A DNA stretch of 64,000 nucleotides from Candidatus Melainabacteria bacterium (GTDB taxonomy: Bacteria > Cyanobacteriota > Vampirovibrionia > 2-02-FULL-35-15): assembly GCA_023250155.1 (NCBI GenBank), contig JAHFBG010000010.1, forward strand, positions 17,832 to 81,831. The letters run 5' to 3'. The notes beneath the pieces were generated by a model, which had not been told where the DNA came from, ran no database searches, and worked only from the letters and a program-made list of their open reading frames with translations. Made by a program: the position numbers and the translations under genes. Positions 19,637 through 29,005 of the stretch are shown here, one piece after another; the first letter of the stretch is position 1, and every line of letters begins with the position of its first letter.

Positions 19637-21442
19637 TTAGGCTTTTACTGTGAATGTTTTCCCCGAAAATATATTAAAGACTGCTTTGGGTTCTTCAACA
19701 GTTCTTGTACTTGGAAACTTTTTAAGTAGATATGCCATACATAAAGCTTCCCATTTAAGTGTTTCAACTGAAAATGTTTCTCCAACACATCCTCTTATAC
19801 CTGTTCCAAATTGCCATTTGCCAACTTTATTAAGTGTTTCAAATTTAGCAGGATTAAATACTTCTTTACTATTAAGTGAGCCATCTTCTAAAAGGAGCCC
19901 ATTTCTCTTAAGTCCCTCTCTACAATAAGCTCCAAGTGGAAAAACTGCTTCTATATTTTGAGGAATATTGAATAAAGGATGAGCAAGATTATGGTTTTTA
20001 ATTAATTTTTTTAACTCACGATTCGTTAATTCAGTAATTTCTTCTTCTCGGGCTGGATTTCTAAATACAACTCTGGAATTTCTTGAAATAAACAATAGAG
20101 CTGGTTCGTATGCTAGAGCAGCCCATGCTGCAGCATGAAAAGGTCTTATTAAATTTTCGTTTTCAAGTGCCTCTTTCATCATGTCAGGAAGATTTGTAGA
20201 TTTAAATTGGTCTAATGCTTTAATTAGTTCTTGGCGAAAATCGGGATTGGTAAGAGCTATATAATCAAAATTGCTCCTTGAATTTGACCTGTTAAAATAA
20301 CCAGCACCAATCATTTCAAAAAATATTTTTGATGCTTCAAATGTAACTTCTTCTGGAGCACGATTACCTTCACTTGTTAGTTTTACGGCTCCTAGAGCAA
20401 ATGCATCAAGTAAGTCTTGTGGTTCACCACCATTTTGCTGAAGTTTTTGAATACGCTCACTCATCATATCAAGCCCAAAAAGATGTAAATCTTTAATTAT
20501 TTTTTCTTCAGATTGGTTTCTTCCACTAAAAATAGTTATTCCAGGTACAGGACTTAAGACCCTGGTTCTTATTAAATGCATAAATCCTTTATCAATACTA
20601 TTAACAACAAAATCCATTCGAGCTGGAGAGATATCCCCTACTATAGATTTAAAAAGTGTTTCTTTAATTGATTTATCCCATTCTTCTCTAAGATTAAATT
20701 CATTTCCTGATCTCAATAATTGTTCTATGTTAAGGGCATTGTCAAGAATGATTTGTACATTTTTTTCTCTTTTCTTTCCAACAGCCTCACCAAAAAAGTA
20801 CTTCTCATAATCAACAAGCTTTCTGGCAACTTGATGTCGTGGGCGATCTGGTGCACCAACTGGTCCAAGTCTTCCAAACAATTCTTGCATAACATCATAA
20901 CGTCCATCTTTTTTAGTGACCCAATACAATTTACCTTTAGTCCCATTATGCTCAACTATAAAGGGACTACCGCTCTTATCTTTTAATAGCATTCCTAATC
21001 TAGAATCACCGCTACCTAAACAGTGGTTAGTATCTGGATTAAATTGTTCAAATGGGGTTATATATAAGCCGCCACGTAAAGGAGTATATTCCACCTCTTC
21101 AATAGGAACCCTTTTAAGGAGTAGTTCTTCAAAAAGTTTATAATCTCCATTATATATTCGATATTCATCTCGTACTGTTCTAGGATTGAATATAACATGA
21201 ACTGCAAAAGAAACTAGACCTGTAAAATTTCTTCCAAGTTCACTAAGGGTTTTTTTAATTGTTGGTATTCCAGAGGAAAAATCAAGCCATAATGAGTTAT
21301 ATACTTCTTTAGCTAAAGTTTTTGTTGTTGAAGGAGAACTTTCAACAACTTTTTTTCTTTTAGAAGTAGCTGCACTTGCTACTTGTTCAAAGTGTTGTGG
21401 AAGAAGCGGGGAATTAACTTTACTTATTGCTACAGGGGACAT
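19637..21442 (-). CDS. Cytochrome P450-like protein with N-terminal extension
   Basis: FGTGIRGCVGETF heme-thiolate signature (FxxGxRxCxG) lies ~55 aa from the C-terminus, as in P450s. 601 aa. Confidence 0.55.
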   Translation of the reverse strand: MSPVAISKVNSPLLPQHFEQVASAATSKRKKVVESSPSTTKTLAKEVYNSLWLDFSSGIPTIKKTLSELGRNFTGLVSFAVHVIFNPRTVRDEYRIYNGDYKLFEELLLKRVPIEEVEYTPLRGGLYITPFEQFNPDTNHCLGSGDSRLGMLLKDKSGSPFIVEHNGTKGKLYWVTKKDGRYDVMQELFGRLGPVGAPDRPRHQVARKLVDYEKYFFGEAVGKKREKNVQIILDNALNIEQLLRSGNEFNLREEWDKSIKETLFKSIVGDISPARMDFVVNSIDKGFMHLIRTRVLSPVPGITIFSGRNQSEEKIIKDLHLFGLDMMSERIQKLQQNGGEPQDLLDAFALGAVKLTSEGNRAPEEVTFEASKIFFEMIGAGYFNRSNSRSNFDYIALTNPDFRQELIKALDQFKSTNLPDMMKEALENENLIRPFHAAAWAALAYEPALLFISRNSRVVFRNPAREEEITELTNRELKKLIKNHNLAHPLFNIPQNIEAVFPLGAYCREGLKRNGLLLEDGSLNSKEVFNPAKFETLNKVGKWQFGTGIRGCVGETFSVETLKWEALCMAYLLKKFPSTRTVEEPKAVFNIFSGKTFTVKA

Positions 21443-21672
21443 ATTTAACCTCTCAATATTATTTTTATTACTAAACCAAAACGAGCATCATTTTAACATA
21501 TAAGTTATTCACTCCATAAACAGTAAATATGTATAATTGATTCCTATCTAACTACCAAATTATTATTAGACAGCATAGATTTTGGACTTCCTTATGTCAC
21601 GTTATGAAACACCTGAGTAATTAACTTTTCACTCTTGAGCAATGTAAAATAAATAACAATTAAGGAGTTCAA

Positions 21673-22368
21673 ATGAAAATAATAAATACAAGTGTACTAA
21701 AGGTGCTTCCAATTTGTTTAATACCATTTGCACTTGATGGACATTTAAATAATACAGAGTTGAATCTAGACAATAAAGCAATTCTTAGATCTCTAGAAAA
21801 AGAAAATGTAACTCCACTGAGTTTGAAAGAGCTTCAAGAAAAAGAAAAAAAAGCAATTGCAGATGCAGAAATATTTTTAAAAACCTATACAGGAAATGGG
21901 AACTATAATTTTGGTTCAATGAATAGATTTATTGAAGGTTTAAAACTTGATTACAAAACAATACATGAAGAAGCAAAAACTTTAAAAGGGATAGATAAGC
22001 TTGCTGCAATGGCATATCCAAAAGATTATTTTCTTCTCCCGGGCTCTGCAAAATTAGTTGCAAAAGAAGTTGAAAAAAGAGGAAGGAAAAGTTTAACATT
22101 TTTTCTTGAGGAAGAAATGGGTGTTGATCCAAAGACTGGGAAAATAGAAGACAATAGTGAAATTAAAATTTATGTTACAAGACCAAAACTTGAGGAGTTT
22201 GCAAGAAATGCACATATTATAAAAAGTATGGTGAATAGAACATTGCCACCTGGAAAAGAAATGTCTTTTAAAGAAGGCATTAGCATGAAAATACTAAACT
22301 CGCTAAAAGAAGGAAAAATTCCTAAAGAAATAGAAGTTGTAAATGAAAGAACTGGGATTAAAAAATAA
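21673..22368 (+). CDS. Hypothetical secreted protein
   Basis: 231 aa with N-terminal hydrophobic segment. Confidence 0.5.
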   Translation: MKIINTSVLKVLPICLIPFALDGHLNNTELNLDNKAILRSLEKENVTPLSLKELQEKEKKAIADAEIFLKTYTGNGNYNFGSMNRFIEGLKLDYKTIHEEAKTLKGIDKLAAMAYPKDYFLLPGSAKLVAKEVEKRGRKSLTFFLEEEMGVDPKTGKIEDNSEIKIYVTRPKLEEFARNAHIIKSMVNRTLPPGKEMSFKEGISMKILNSLKEGKIPKEIEVVNERTGIKK

Positions 22369-22486
22369 AAACTCCCCGTGGCGAGTGAGTTTCGAAGGAT
22401 AATTATACTGGAAACACCTTATATTTTTAGGAAAGCTGCTTGATACTACAGCGTCACATTTTGTTTATTGAGTTCTTCTACTTAGA

Positions 22487-23011
22487 TCAGATGTGGCGGC
22501 ATGGTCGGCTAGGGTCCATAACTTTACGGGCACTCTCAGCACCAGCAATCGGCAGTCCAGTAGGATCGATCAAGCCAATTTGAGCCAGCACACCTGCCTG
22601 ATCCCAGTAAATATGCTCATGGGCTATTTTCCCTCCTTCAACTTTGACAATGACAGCTACAGCCATTTCGACTTTTTTGCCAGTGGGTGCTATGCCCGGT
22701 AGCATCCAGTCAATGACCTTTGTGTGGGTAAAACGGATAATCACTTCATCGACAATTTGATCGTCTCCAACTGTACGCGACACATTGATCATTTCAACAT
22801 CGGGTGGGAAAAATTTCCCGACTAAATGATTTGCATAAAAATCTCTGACACCTTTGTAACCAACACCGCCTGTAATCAGTGGGACATTAGTCAGATGCGG
22901 CTTATCAGTCATGGTGTCCATGGTTGCTTCAATGTCGCCGTCTAACTCGGCTTTGACGTGTCGGTCAAAAAGGTCGACCATAGCTTGTCGTTTTGGGTCT
23001 AAATTACTCAT
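22487..23011 (-). CDS. SnoaL-like / NTF2-like (ester cyclase-like) protein on a GC-rich island
   Basis: EHIYWDQAGVLAQIGL C-terminal pattern typical of SnoaL-like ester cyclases. Coding region is markedly more GC-rich than its surroundings. Confidence 0.6.
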   Translation of the reverse strand: MSNLDPKRQAMVDLFDRHVKAELDGDIEATMDTMTDKPHLTNVPLITGGVGYKGVRDFYANHLVGKFFPPDVEMINVSRTVGDDQIVDEVIIRFTHTKVIDWMLPGIAPTGKKVEMAVAVIVKVEGGKIAHEHIYWDQAGVLAQIGLIDPTGLPIAGAESARKVMDPSRPCRHI

Positions 23012-23387
23012 TTTGCAAATCCTTAAACAAATCCGAAAGTAATATTAAAGACTTGCGCTGGTTAAGAAAGTTCGGGCTTGCACATACTAAAGAAAAGCCT
23101 TATGTTTTTAGACAGCAAAATCCAATTTGTATCTAGTGAATAAATTTAGATTTACAATAATAAAAACTCTTAAAGTTAATAGCAGCAAGGGTTTTACAGA
23201 TACGAACCCCCATTGGTTGATGCTCTTAGATTTCAAGAACGAAAATGCAATTTAACTTGTAAAAAATCCATAATTAGTTCATTCAGCATAATAGCCCTAA
23301 ATTTTCTTAAGCAAATTTAATGTAATTAATTTACCGATTTGCCGATTCTTTAATATTGAACGGTGGTATTACCAGGAGGTATGTATA

Positions 23388-24224
23388 ATGTTTGTATTAC
23401 AAATAAATAGGATAGGTGACAATTCCGGAATAAATAGACAGAAAAATTCAAATCAAATTCCAGAAGATATTTTGAAAGGTTCTATTGAAAAAGCTATCAA
23501 TAGCCCAGTATATTCGGAAGATAGAGTAGGAAATGGTAATTCTATAGATCTTGCTGGAAATAGTCTAAATATAGAGGATTACTATAATAAGGACATAGTT
23601 GCATTTGAGGAAAATGTGGAATCCGTAACAAAAGGTGATGTTAATGGAGATGGGAAAGTAGATATGGGTGATTCTACTGATCTTTGGTTAAGTATTTCTC
23701 ACCTAGATATGGATCATCGCGGATGGTTGGATAAAGAAGATTATAGACTTCTAGAAGAACAACTTAAAAGATTAAGTCCTGATGATAAAAGGCCGCGTCT
23801 TGAAACTCTTGCACGTATGTTAAGTGAAGGAGATATGAATAATGATGGAAGAGTCGATCAAACCGATTTTCTCACTTTAATGGAGAAAGTAGAGATACCA
23901 CCAAACCATAAAAAGGAAGACGATCTTGAAACAATTAAACTGTTATCAAATTCTTTGTTAGATACTCCACAATATGTTATAGGTAATCGTATACCAGATA
24001 TTGCCTTTCTTGGAAAAATATTGGAGAGGTACACAAATACTGAATATGACGCTAGTAAAGCACAGAAATTGGTAGAGTTCTTTCTAGTAAATAAAAGTGA
24101 TTTAACTGGAGATGGTAAGGTTGATCCTCAGGATGTAATTACTTTCTGGCAGACTCCAAGTAATCCTCCTCAGGATGGTAGAGGTGATGTTAGTGGAGAT
24201 GGGAAAGCAGACGAATCTAAGTAA
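23388..24224 (+). CDS. Protein with four dockerin/EF-hand-like Ca-binding repeats
   Basis: DVNGDGKVDMGD, DMNNDGRVDQTD, DLTGDGKVDPQD, DVSGDGKADE loops. Confidence 0.55.
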   Translation: MFVLQINRIGDNSGINRQKNSNQIPEDILKGSIEKAINSPVYSEDRVGNGNSIDLAGNSLNIEDYYNKDIVAFEENVESVTKGDVNGDGKVDMGDSTDLWLSISHLDMDHRGWLDKEDYRLLEEQLKRLSPDDKRPRLETLARMLSEGDMNNDGRVDQTDFLTLMEKVEIPPNHKKEDDLETIKLLSNSLLDTPQYVIGNRIPDIAFLGKILERYTNTEYDASKAQKLVEFFLVNKSDLTGDGKVDPQDVITFWQTPSNPPQDGRGDVSGDGKADESK

Positions 24225-24291
24225 ATCAAATAGAGCAAATATTAGCAGGCTTAAAGCTGGTGAGCTTTTGGAGATAGCAGCTTATTTGAAC

Positions 24292-25119
24292 CTATTTGTT
24301 TTCAGTAAGTTGTAGTAAAGCTAATCTAACAAAACTTCCATGACTGGCATAAAGATTATTTATATTTCCTTCTGTTAATGGCATCCAGGCAACATCTTCT
24401 TCACCAGTACCAGCTTTTGGATTTATACGACTGGCTAGGTCATTAGGAAGATATTTGTGAAAAACGCTAGTTTCAAACCAGGCATTGTCAGTATTTCTTG
24501 GGTCATCTACATAACCTTGATATAAAAGAACGGCGTCATCCATATTTAATTCAACACCCGATTCTTCTCCCAATTCTCTTGCAGCAGTTTTAGAAATTCT
24601 TTCCCCTTCGTCTACTTTCCCACCAGGAATTGCCCATTGTCCATTATCTTTCCTTTTTATAGCAAGCATTTCAAATTGTCCGGTTTTAGTGTTTAATCTG
24701 GTAATAATAGGATCAGCTGCAAAATTTGCTCCCCATTTTTCTAAAACTCCTCTTCCACGCAAACCTGTTCGTCCTCTTGGATTCAGCGGGTAACCATTTG
24801 AATCCAATCTAATCTCAGCTGATTCATAAGTAGTAAATTTTCTTTTAACATCACGAATATTTTCAGGATCAACTACACGTTCAAAAGTACCAGCCAGGTA
24901 TTTTTGGTGCTTTTTTATAACTACATCACTTAGATAATATTGCGGATTGTATTCAGGAAAAGATTCTTCAAAAGGCACTTTATCTTCAGGAACTAAAAAT
25001 CTATCCGGGTAAGAAGAAAACTTCTCTGTTCTAGCTTTTACATGAGGTGTAGCTAAGTAACCATTACTGTTTCTCTGAATAACAATTGTTTTATCAACAG
25101 CTCTATTTACTTGAATCAT
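24292..25119 (-). CDS. NUDIX hydrolase
   Basis: Nudix box GGKVDEGERISKTAARELGEESGV. Confidence 0.85.
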   Translation of the reverse strand: MIQVNRAVDKTIVIQRNSNGYLATPHVKARTEKFSSYPDRFLVPEDKVPFEESFPEYNPQYYLSDVVIKKHQKYLAGTFERVVDPENIRDVKRKFTTYESAEIRLDSNGYPLNPRGRTGLRGRGVLEKWGANFAADPIITRLNTKTGQFEMLAIKRKDNGQWAIPGGKVDEGERISKTAARELGEESGVELNMDDAVLLYQGYVDDPRNTDNAWFETSVFHKYLPNDLASRINPKAGTGEEDVAWMPLTEGNINNLYASHGSFVRLALLQLTENK

Positions 25120-25593
25120 AATTCTATAATTTCCTTAAATAATTTAATTTACTAAACTATACAAACATGTTAGCAAATACAAAAAAAAATACATTTAAGG
25201 TTTTTAGAAAAGTGCCAAAAACCCTTTAACCAAGCACATATAAAATAACATTCATAATTATTTAACATTTAGGTTAAGAGATTAACCTAAATTACGCTGA
25301 ACTAAAGGTTTTTAAGGAGTTAATAATTCTTGGGGTTACTTACTCTTAGTGCTACTCACTATATATTACAGTTGTGAAGTTGCTTTGTTGTTACTCCTTT
25401 AAATCTAAAACCCACTCTTGTTGGATGAACCATATGAAGACTTGTTTAATTATGTCCTCTTTGGTCTTGGTAATTAGTTTCTTAATTAGTTCTTGTGTAT
25501 AGGAAATTCCATACGTTGCTTTTAGTAATCTTAATATCAAGTAATTGAAGCTTGATCTCAAATTCTTTTCTTAAGTTTATTTGTAAAATAATA

Positions 25594-25640
25594 ATAAAAA
25601 AAGCTCTTAGTTAAAAGCAAAAGCTAATATCTAAGAGCTA
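25594..25640 (-). terminator. Rho-independent terminator downstream of the tRNA (9-bp stem agctcttag/ctaagagct followed by a T-run on the minus strand)
   Basis: Inverted repeat at 25602-25640. The A7 run at 25594-25601 on the plus strand is a T-tract on the minus strand. Confidence 0.5.
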
Positions 25641-25686
25641 TTTAAAAACTCCCGGGAGAGGACTTGAACCTCCGACCAATCGGTTA

Positions 25687-26193
25687 CTATCTGACTCCAA
25701 TTACTTGGAGAGTCGGACTTTCTCTTCACCTTCAACTTTACGTTAAGGTGGTAGGTGTAAAGTCTCTGCACTCGGATAATTATTTATCCTAGCTCAGGAT
25801 TGCCCGTTATCTCTCGATACTTGGGTTTCCCTGAATTAGCCTACTTTTTCACCGTAATATTACTACTACGGGCTGCTAACTTTGAATGTAACTCTCTATG
25901 GCAATTAGCACATAACATTATGCACTTATCAAGTTCTTCTTTCACTCTGTCCCAACCTCGTGTATATCCTTTACTAGAAATACTAAAGTCTTTTTGTTTT
26001 GGATCAAGGTGATGAAATTCAAGAGCCTCAGCACAGCGAAAATAACCACAAGATTCACATTTGCTACCTTTATATTCAATAGCATTAATTCGAATCTGTT
26101 TTCTTCTCTTTCTAACAGCATTGATTAAATACTGTTTTCTATCACTGTACTTTCTGGTTTCTTTTTTAACCATAGATTCTTAACATTTATTTT
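25687..26193 (-). mobile_element. Group-I-like self-splicing intron (~507 nt) in the tRNA-Asn anticodon loop, carrying an HNH endonuclease ORF
   Basis: 5' exon ends in U and the intron ends AGAUAG (omega-G). The segment after the ORF contains UCAGGGAAACCC (P4-like), CAGAGACUUUACACC (R-like) and AAAGUCCGACUC (S-like). GACUUU/AAAGUC can form P7. Confidence 0.6.
25841..26173 (-). CDS. HNH homing endonuclease (intron-encoded)
   Basis: CESCGY...LEFHHLDPK...CANCHRELH HNH motif. Same strand as the tRNA; starts 20 nt into the intron. Confidence 0.8.
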   Translation of the reverse strand: MVKKETRKYSDRKQYLINAVRKRRKQIRINAIEYKGSKCESCGYFRCAEALEFHHLDPKQKDFSISSKGYTRGWDRVKEELDKCIMLCANCHRELHSKLAARSSNITVKK

Positions 26194-26415
26194 ACAGCCG
26201 ATCGCTCTACCACTGAGCTACCCGGGAATATCAGAGTACAAATTAATTGATAATTAAAAATTGAGAATTGAAAATTAAAGAATTTACTAATCACCAATTT
26301 TTCAGTAACCTATACTAGCGCATTTTAAAACTGCTGTCATCTGATTGTTGAGCTTATGATGTTATAAGTCTAAGGATACAAAAATATCAATTATAATTAA
26401 CCATTAGTAAGACAT

Positions 26416-26826
26416 ATGCCAATAAAGAAAAAAAGTATATTCCCAACCATAAAAATTGGTACCGATATTTGTCAAATAAACCGTGTCAAAGCTGCCTATA
26501 AACGATTGGGAAAAAGATTCTTAAAGAGAATTTTAACTGAAAGTGAAATTAAGTATGTTACCTCAAGTAAGAAAAATTTAATTTATAGACTTGCAGGGCG
26601 ATTTGCAGCGAAAGAAGCTATATCAAAGGTCTTAGGTACTGGGCTCAGAGGGGTTTACTTTAAAGAAATTGAGATTTTAAGAGAAAAGTCTGGGGCACCT
26701 AAAGTTCTCTTGCATAAGCGAGCTAAAAAAATCTCACAAGAAAAAAAACTATCTAACTTTGAAGTATCTATATCTCATGAGAAAGATTTTTCAATTGCTA
26801 TTGCTATTGCATTACATAAAAAGTAA
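26416..26826 (+). CDS. acpS: Holo-[acyl-carrier-protein] synthase (4'-phosphopantetheinyl transferase)
   Basis: GTDICQINRV ... LAGRFAAKEAISKVLGTGL ... AcpS pattern. 136 aa. Confidence 0.85.
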   Translation: MPIKKKSIFPTIKIGTDICQINRVKAAYKRLGKRFLKRILTESEIKYVTSSKKNLIYRLAGRFAAKEAISKVLGTGLRGVYFKEIEILREKSGAPKVLLHKRAKKISQEKKLSNFEVSISHEKDFSIAIAIALHKK

Positions 26827-27189
26827 TTAGTACTACTTAGAAACAGTTGGCTTTAGTTTTAAAGGCATAGCAAAGGCCAATACCTTTTTGGCTATACTTT
26901 CATTTACACAAGGGATCTTAATCTTCTTATTGTTAACCTTTTCAATAACAATGTAATAAGGATAAGAAGCTATATTTTGATTAAGAATGTTGTCTTTAGA
27001 TTGTAATAATAATGTGTCTTCCATAAATACCTTTTCTCTATCCTATAATTTATAAGAATAGAGTATCAATTTCCTAAACTAAAGGCAATTCTTGACAAAG
27101 AGGGAACTTTTTGTATCCTAGGATTAACAAGGTTCTTGCAAAGTTACAAATTGTATAATTAAATTTTCATTCAATATACTGACAGGTTC

Positions 27190-27220
27190 TTGACATATAT
27201 CTGTTATACAAGGTTACAAT
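27190..27220 (+). promoter_or_regulatory. Candidate sigma70-like promoter (TTGACA, 19 nt, TACAAT) upstream of the small ORF; the motif aggttcttgMa also occurs at 27130
   Basis: Read directly from the sequence. Spacer is slightly long. The ORF-track start at 27190 is a TTG within this element. Confidence 0.25.
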
Positions 27221-27258
27221 ATAAGCGCAAGTACGCAGAAAGGAATAGAAACACAATA

Positions 27259-27552
27259 ATGATTTTAGAAGAATTTGTAAGTTTCTACCATAAGAATAAA
27301 GGTAAAAAAAAGCAAGTCAAAGAAGTCTTAATTAATTGGCTTAAGTTAGAACTTGGATCTTTACCTAAGAAAAACTACCAAAAAGTTTTACATAATGAGC
27401 TAACTATTATTGAAGATGGCAGCATTGTACCGAAAAATAAACAAGGTGAAAATTTGCTTAGCTCACTGATTAGAATGACTAATATTCTTGAAGAAAAAGA
27501 ATTTGAGTCATGGGCAACGGGTGTTAAACCCAAGGATTTTATGCATGCCTAA
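27259..27552 (+). CDS. Hypothetical protein (ATG-start version of ORF 27190..27552)
   Basis: In-frame ATG at 27259 gives a 98-aa product; the upstream part coincides with a promoter-like element. Confidence 0.4.
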   Translation: MILEEFVSFYHKNKGKKKQVKEVLINWLKLELGSLPKKNYQKVLHNELTIIEDGSIVPKNKQGENLLSSLIRMTNILEEKEFESWATGVKPKDFMHA

Positions 27553-28513
27553 GGCTTTAGTTACTGGGTGTAGTGGATTTATTGGAAGTCATTTAACAGA
27601 GAAGTTACTAGACTTGAATTATAAAGTAATTGGGATAGATGATTTCAATGACTACTATGATCCTAAGATTAAAGAGAGAAACATAGTTGGATTTAAAAAC
27701 AATAAAAACTTTTCTCTTAACAAATTTGATATTAGAGATAATGATTCTGTAAGTGACTTGTTTAAAAGAGAAAATCCTGATGTCGTGGTACATTTAGCTG
27801 CCCGTGCTGGTGTAAGACCATCCTTGCTTCAACCTATTCTATATGAGGAAGTGAATGTAATAGGTACACTAAACCTTCTTGAAGCTGCAAGAAATAATAA
27901 TTGTCAAAGGTTTATATTTGGCTCAAGTAGCTCTGTTTATGGAGAGTGTAAAAATATCCCTTTTAAAGAAACTGAACTAGACTTAAAGCCAATATCTCCA
28001 TATGGAGTGAGCAAACTAACTGGTGAAAACTATTGCAGAACTTATAACCATTTATTTAAATTGCCTATTATTTGTCTTAGATTCTTTACTGTTTATGGAC
28101 CACGTCAAAGACCTGATCTAGCTATTCATAAATTCACAAAACTAATTGATGAGGGAAAATCAATACCTGTCTTTGGAGATGGGCAGTATAAAAGAGATTT
28201 TACATATGTTACTGAAATAGTAGATGGGATAATTTCTTCGATTAGTTATTCTAAAACAAGTTTTGAAATTTTTAATCTTGGTGAGTCACACACTACATCA
28301 GTAACTGATTTGGTTAAGATGTTAGAAAATACAATTGGCAAAAAAGTTCTTATAGACTGGCAGCCAGCACAAGCAGGTGATGTACCCCTGACCTATGCAG
28401 ATGTTAGCAAAGCACAAGAACTGTTAAAATACAGCCCAAAAACAGCACCAGAAGAAGGAATTAAAAAGTTTGTAGATTGGTATTTGAAAGATAAAAGCTC
28501 TGTACTTGTCTAG
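27545..28513 (+). CDS. NAD-dependent epimerase/dehydratase (UDP-glucuronate/UDP-glucose 4-epimerase-like)
   Basis: ALVTGCSGFIGSHL Rossmann motif, YGVSK catalytic Tyr-x3-Lys, and YGPRQRPDLAIHKF typical of UDP-GlcA 4-epimerases. Start placed at MPKALVTG. Confidence 0.85.
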   Translation: MPKALVTGCSGFIGSHLTEKLLDLNYKVIGIDDFNDYYDPKIKERNIVGFKNNKNFSLNKFDIRDNDSVSDLFKRENPDVVVHLAARAGVRPSLLQPILYEEVNVIGTLNLLEAARNNNCQRFIFGSSSSVYGECKNIPFKETELDLKPISPYGVSKLTGENYCRTYNHLFKLPIICLRFFTVYGPRQRPDLAIHKFTKLIDEGKSIPVFGDGQYKRDFTYVTEIVDGIISSISYSKTSFEIFNLGESHTTSVTDLVKMLENTIGKKVLIDWQPAQAGDVPLTYADVSKAQELLKYSPKTAPEEGIKKFVDWYLKDKSSVLV

Positions 28514-28575
28514 ACTCAGGTCTTTTAGACCTTAACCTTAATTTATTAGCTTATAATATTTTAGAGGTTTGCAAA

Positions 28576-29004
28576 ATGAAAATTCAACAAGCTACACAAG
28601 CAGATTTAAAAAACATAGTATCGTTAAACAAATTATTTCATCTTAATATACCTGGGTTTAGGTGGGATACAGAACCATGGATCTCTGATGAGATTGAACA
28701 AGGGAATTTTCATATTTTAAAACATCAGAAATCTGCTTATGGTGCTGTTTGCTTACACTTAGCTACAGAAGCATATATTGAAACAATAGCAGTAGATAAA
28801 GAAAAACAAGGTCAAGGCCATGGGAAAAAACTCATTGATTTTTGTGCAGAAGAAGCCATGAAACATGGAAAGCATAAATTGGTAGTTGAGTCCTTTTGTG
28901 AATATAAGCTAGAAGATTTTTATACAAAATGTGGTTTTGAATTAGAATCTATAAAGGGTAATTTGAATGATCATCCGTATAATGTATTTTCTAAAGAGTT
29001 TTAA
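28576..29004 (+). CDS. GNAT family N-acetyltransferase
   Basis: IAVDKEKQGQGHGKKLIDFCAEEA acetyl-CoA binding motif. Confidence 0.8.
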   Translation: MKIQQATQADLKNIVSLNKLFHLNIPGFRWDTEPWISDEIEQGNFHILKHQKSAYGAVCLHLATEAYIETIAVDKEKQGQGHGKKLIDFCAEEAMKHGKHKLVVESFCEYKLEDFYTKCGFELESIKGNLNDHPYNVFSKEF

Positions 29005-29005
29005 T

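Larger units (their letters stand above)
25649..26227 (-). tRNA. tRNA-Asn(GUU), split gene: 5' exon 26227..26194, intron 26193..25687, 3' exon 25686..25649; no encoded CCA
   Basis: Exons read TCCCGGGTAGCTCAGTGGTAGAGCGATCGGCTGT | TAACCGATTGGTCGGAGGTTCAAGTCCTCTCCCGGGAG. This gives acceptor, D, anticodon (CUGUUAA loop) and T arms, and closely resembles bacterial tRNA-Asn. Intron follows U35 and ends in G. Confidence 0.75.

Noticed and set aside
25800-26012. Plus-strand 70-aa ORF
   Set aside because: Antisense to the intron and its HNH gene; no motif.
25649-26227. Alternative reading of the split tRNA as tRNA-Tyr(GUA), tRNA-Thr(GGU) or a tRNA pseudogene
   Set aside because: Placing the exon boundary after U35 and before UAACCGAU satisfies the group I rules (5' exon ends in U, intron ends in G). 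It gives a 5-nt variable loop and a sequence very close to bacterial tRNA-Asn. Tyr would need a long variable arm.
27190-27258. TTG-initiated 5' extension of ORF 27190..27552
   Set aside because: The extension overlaps a promoter-like TTGACA...TACAAT element. An in-frame ATG at 27259 gives a more plausible start.
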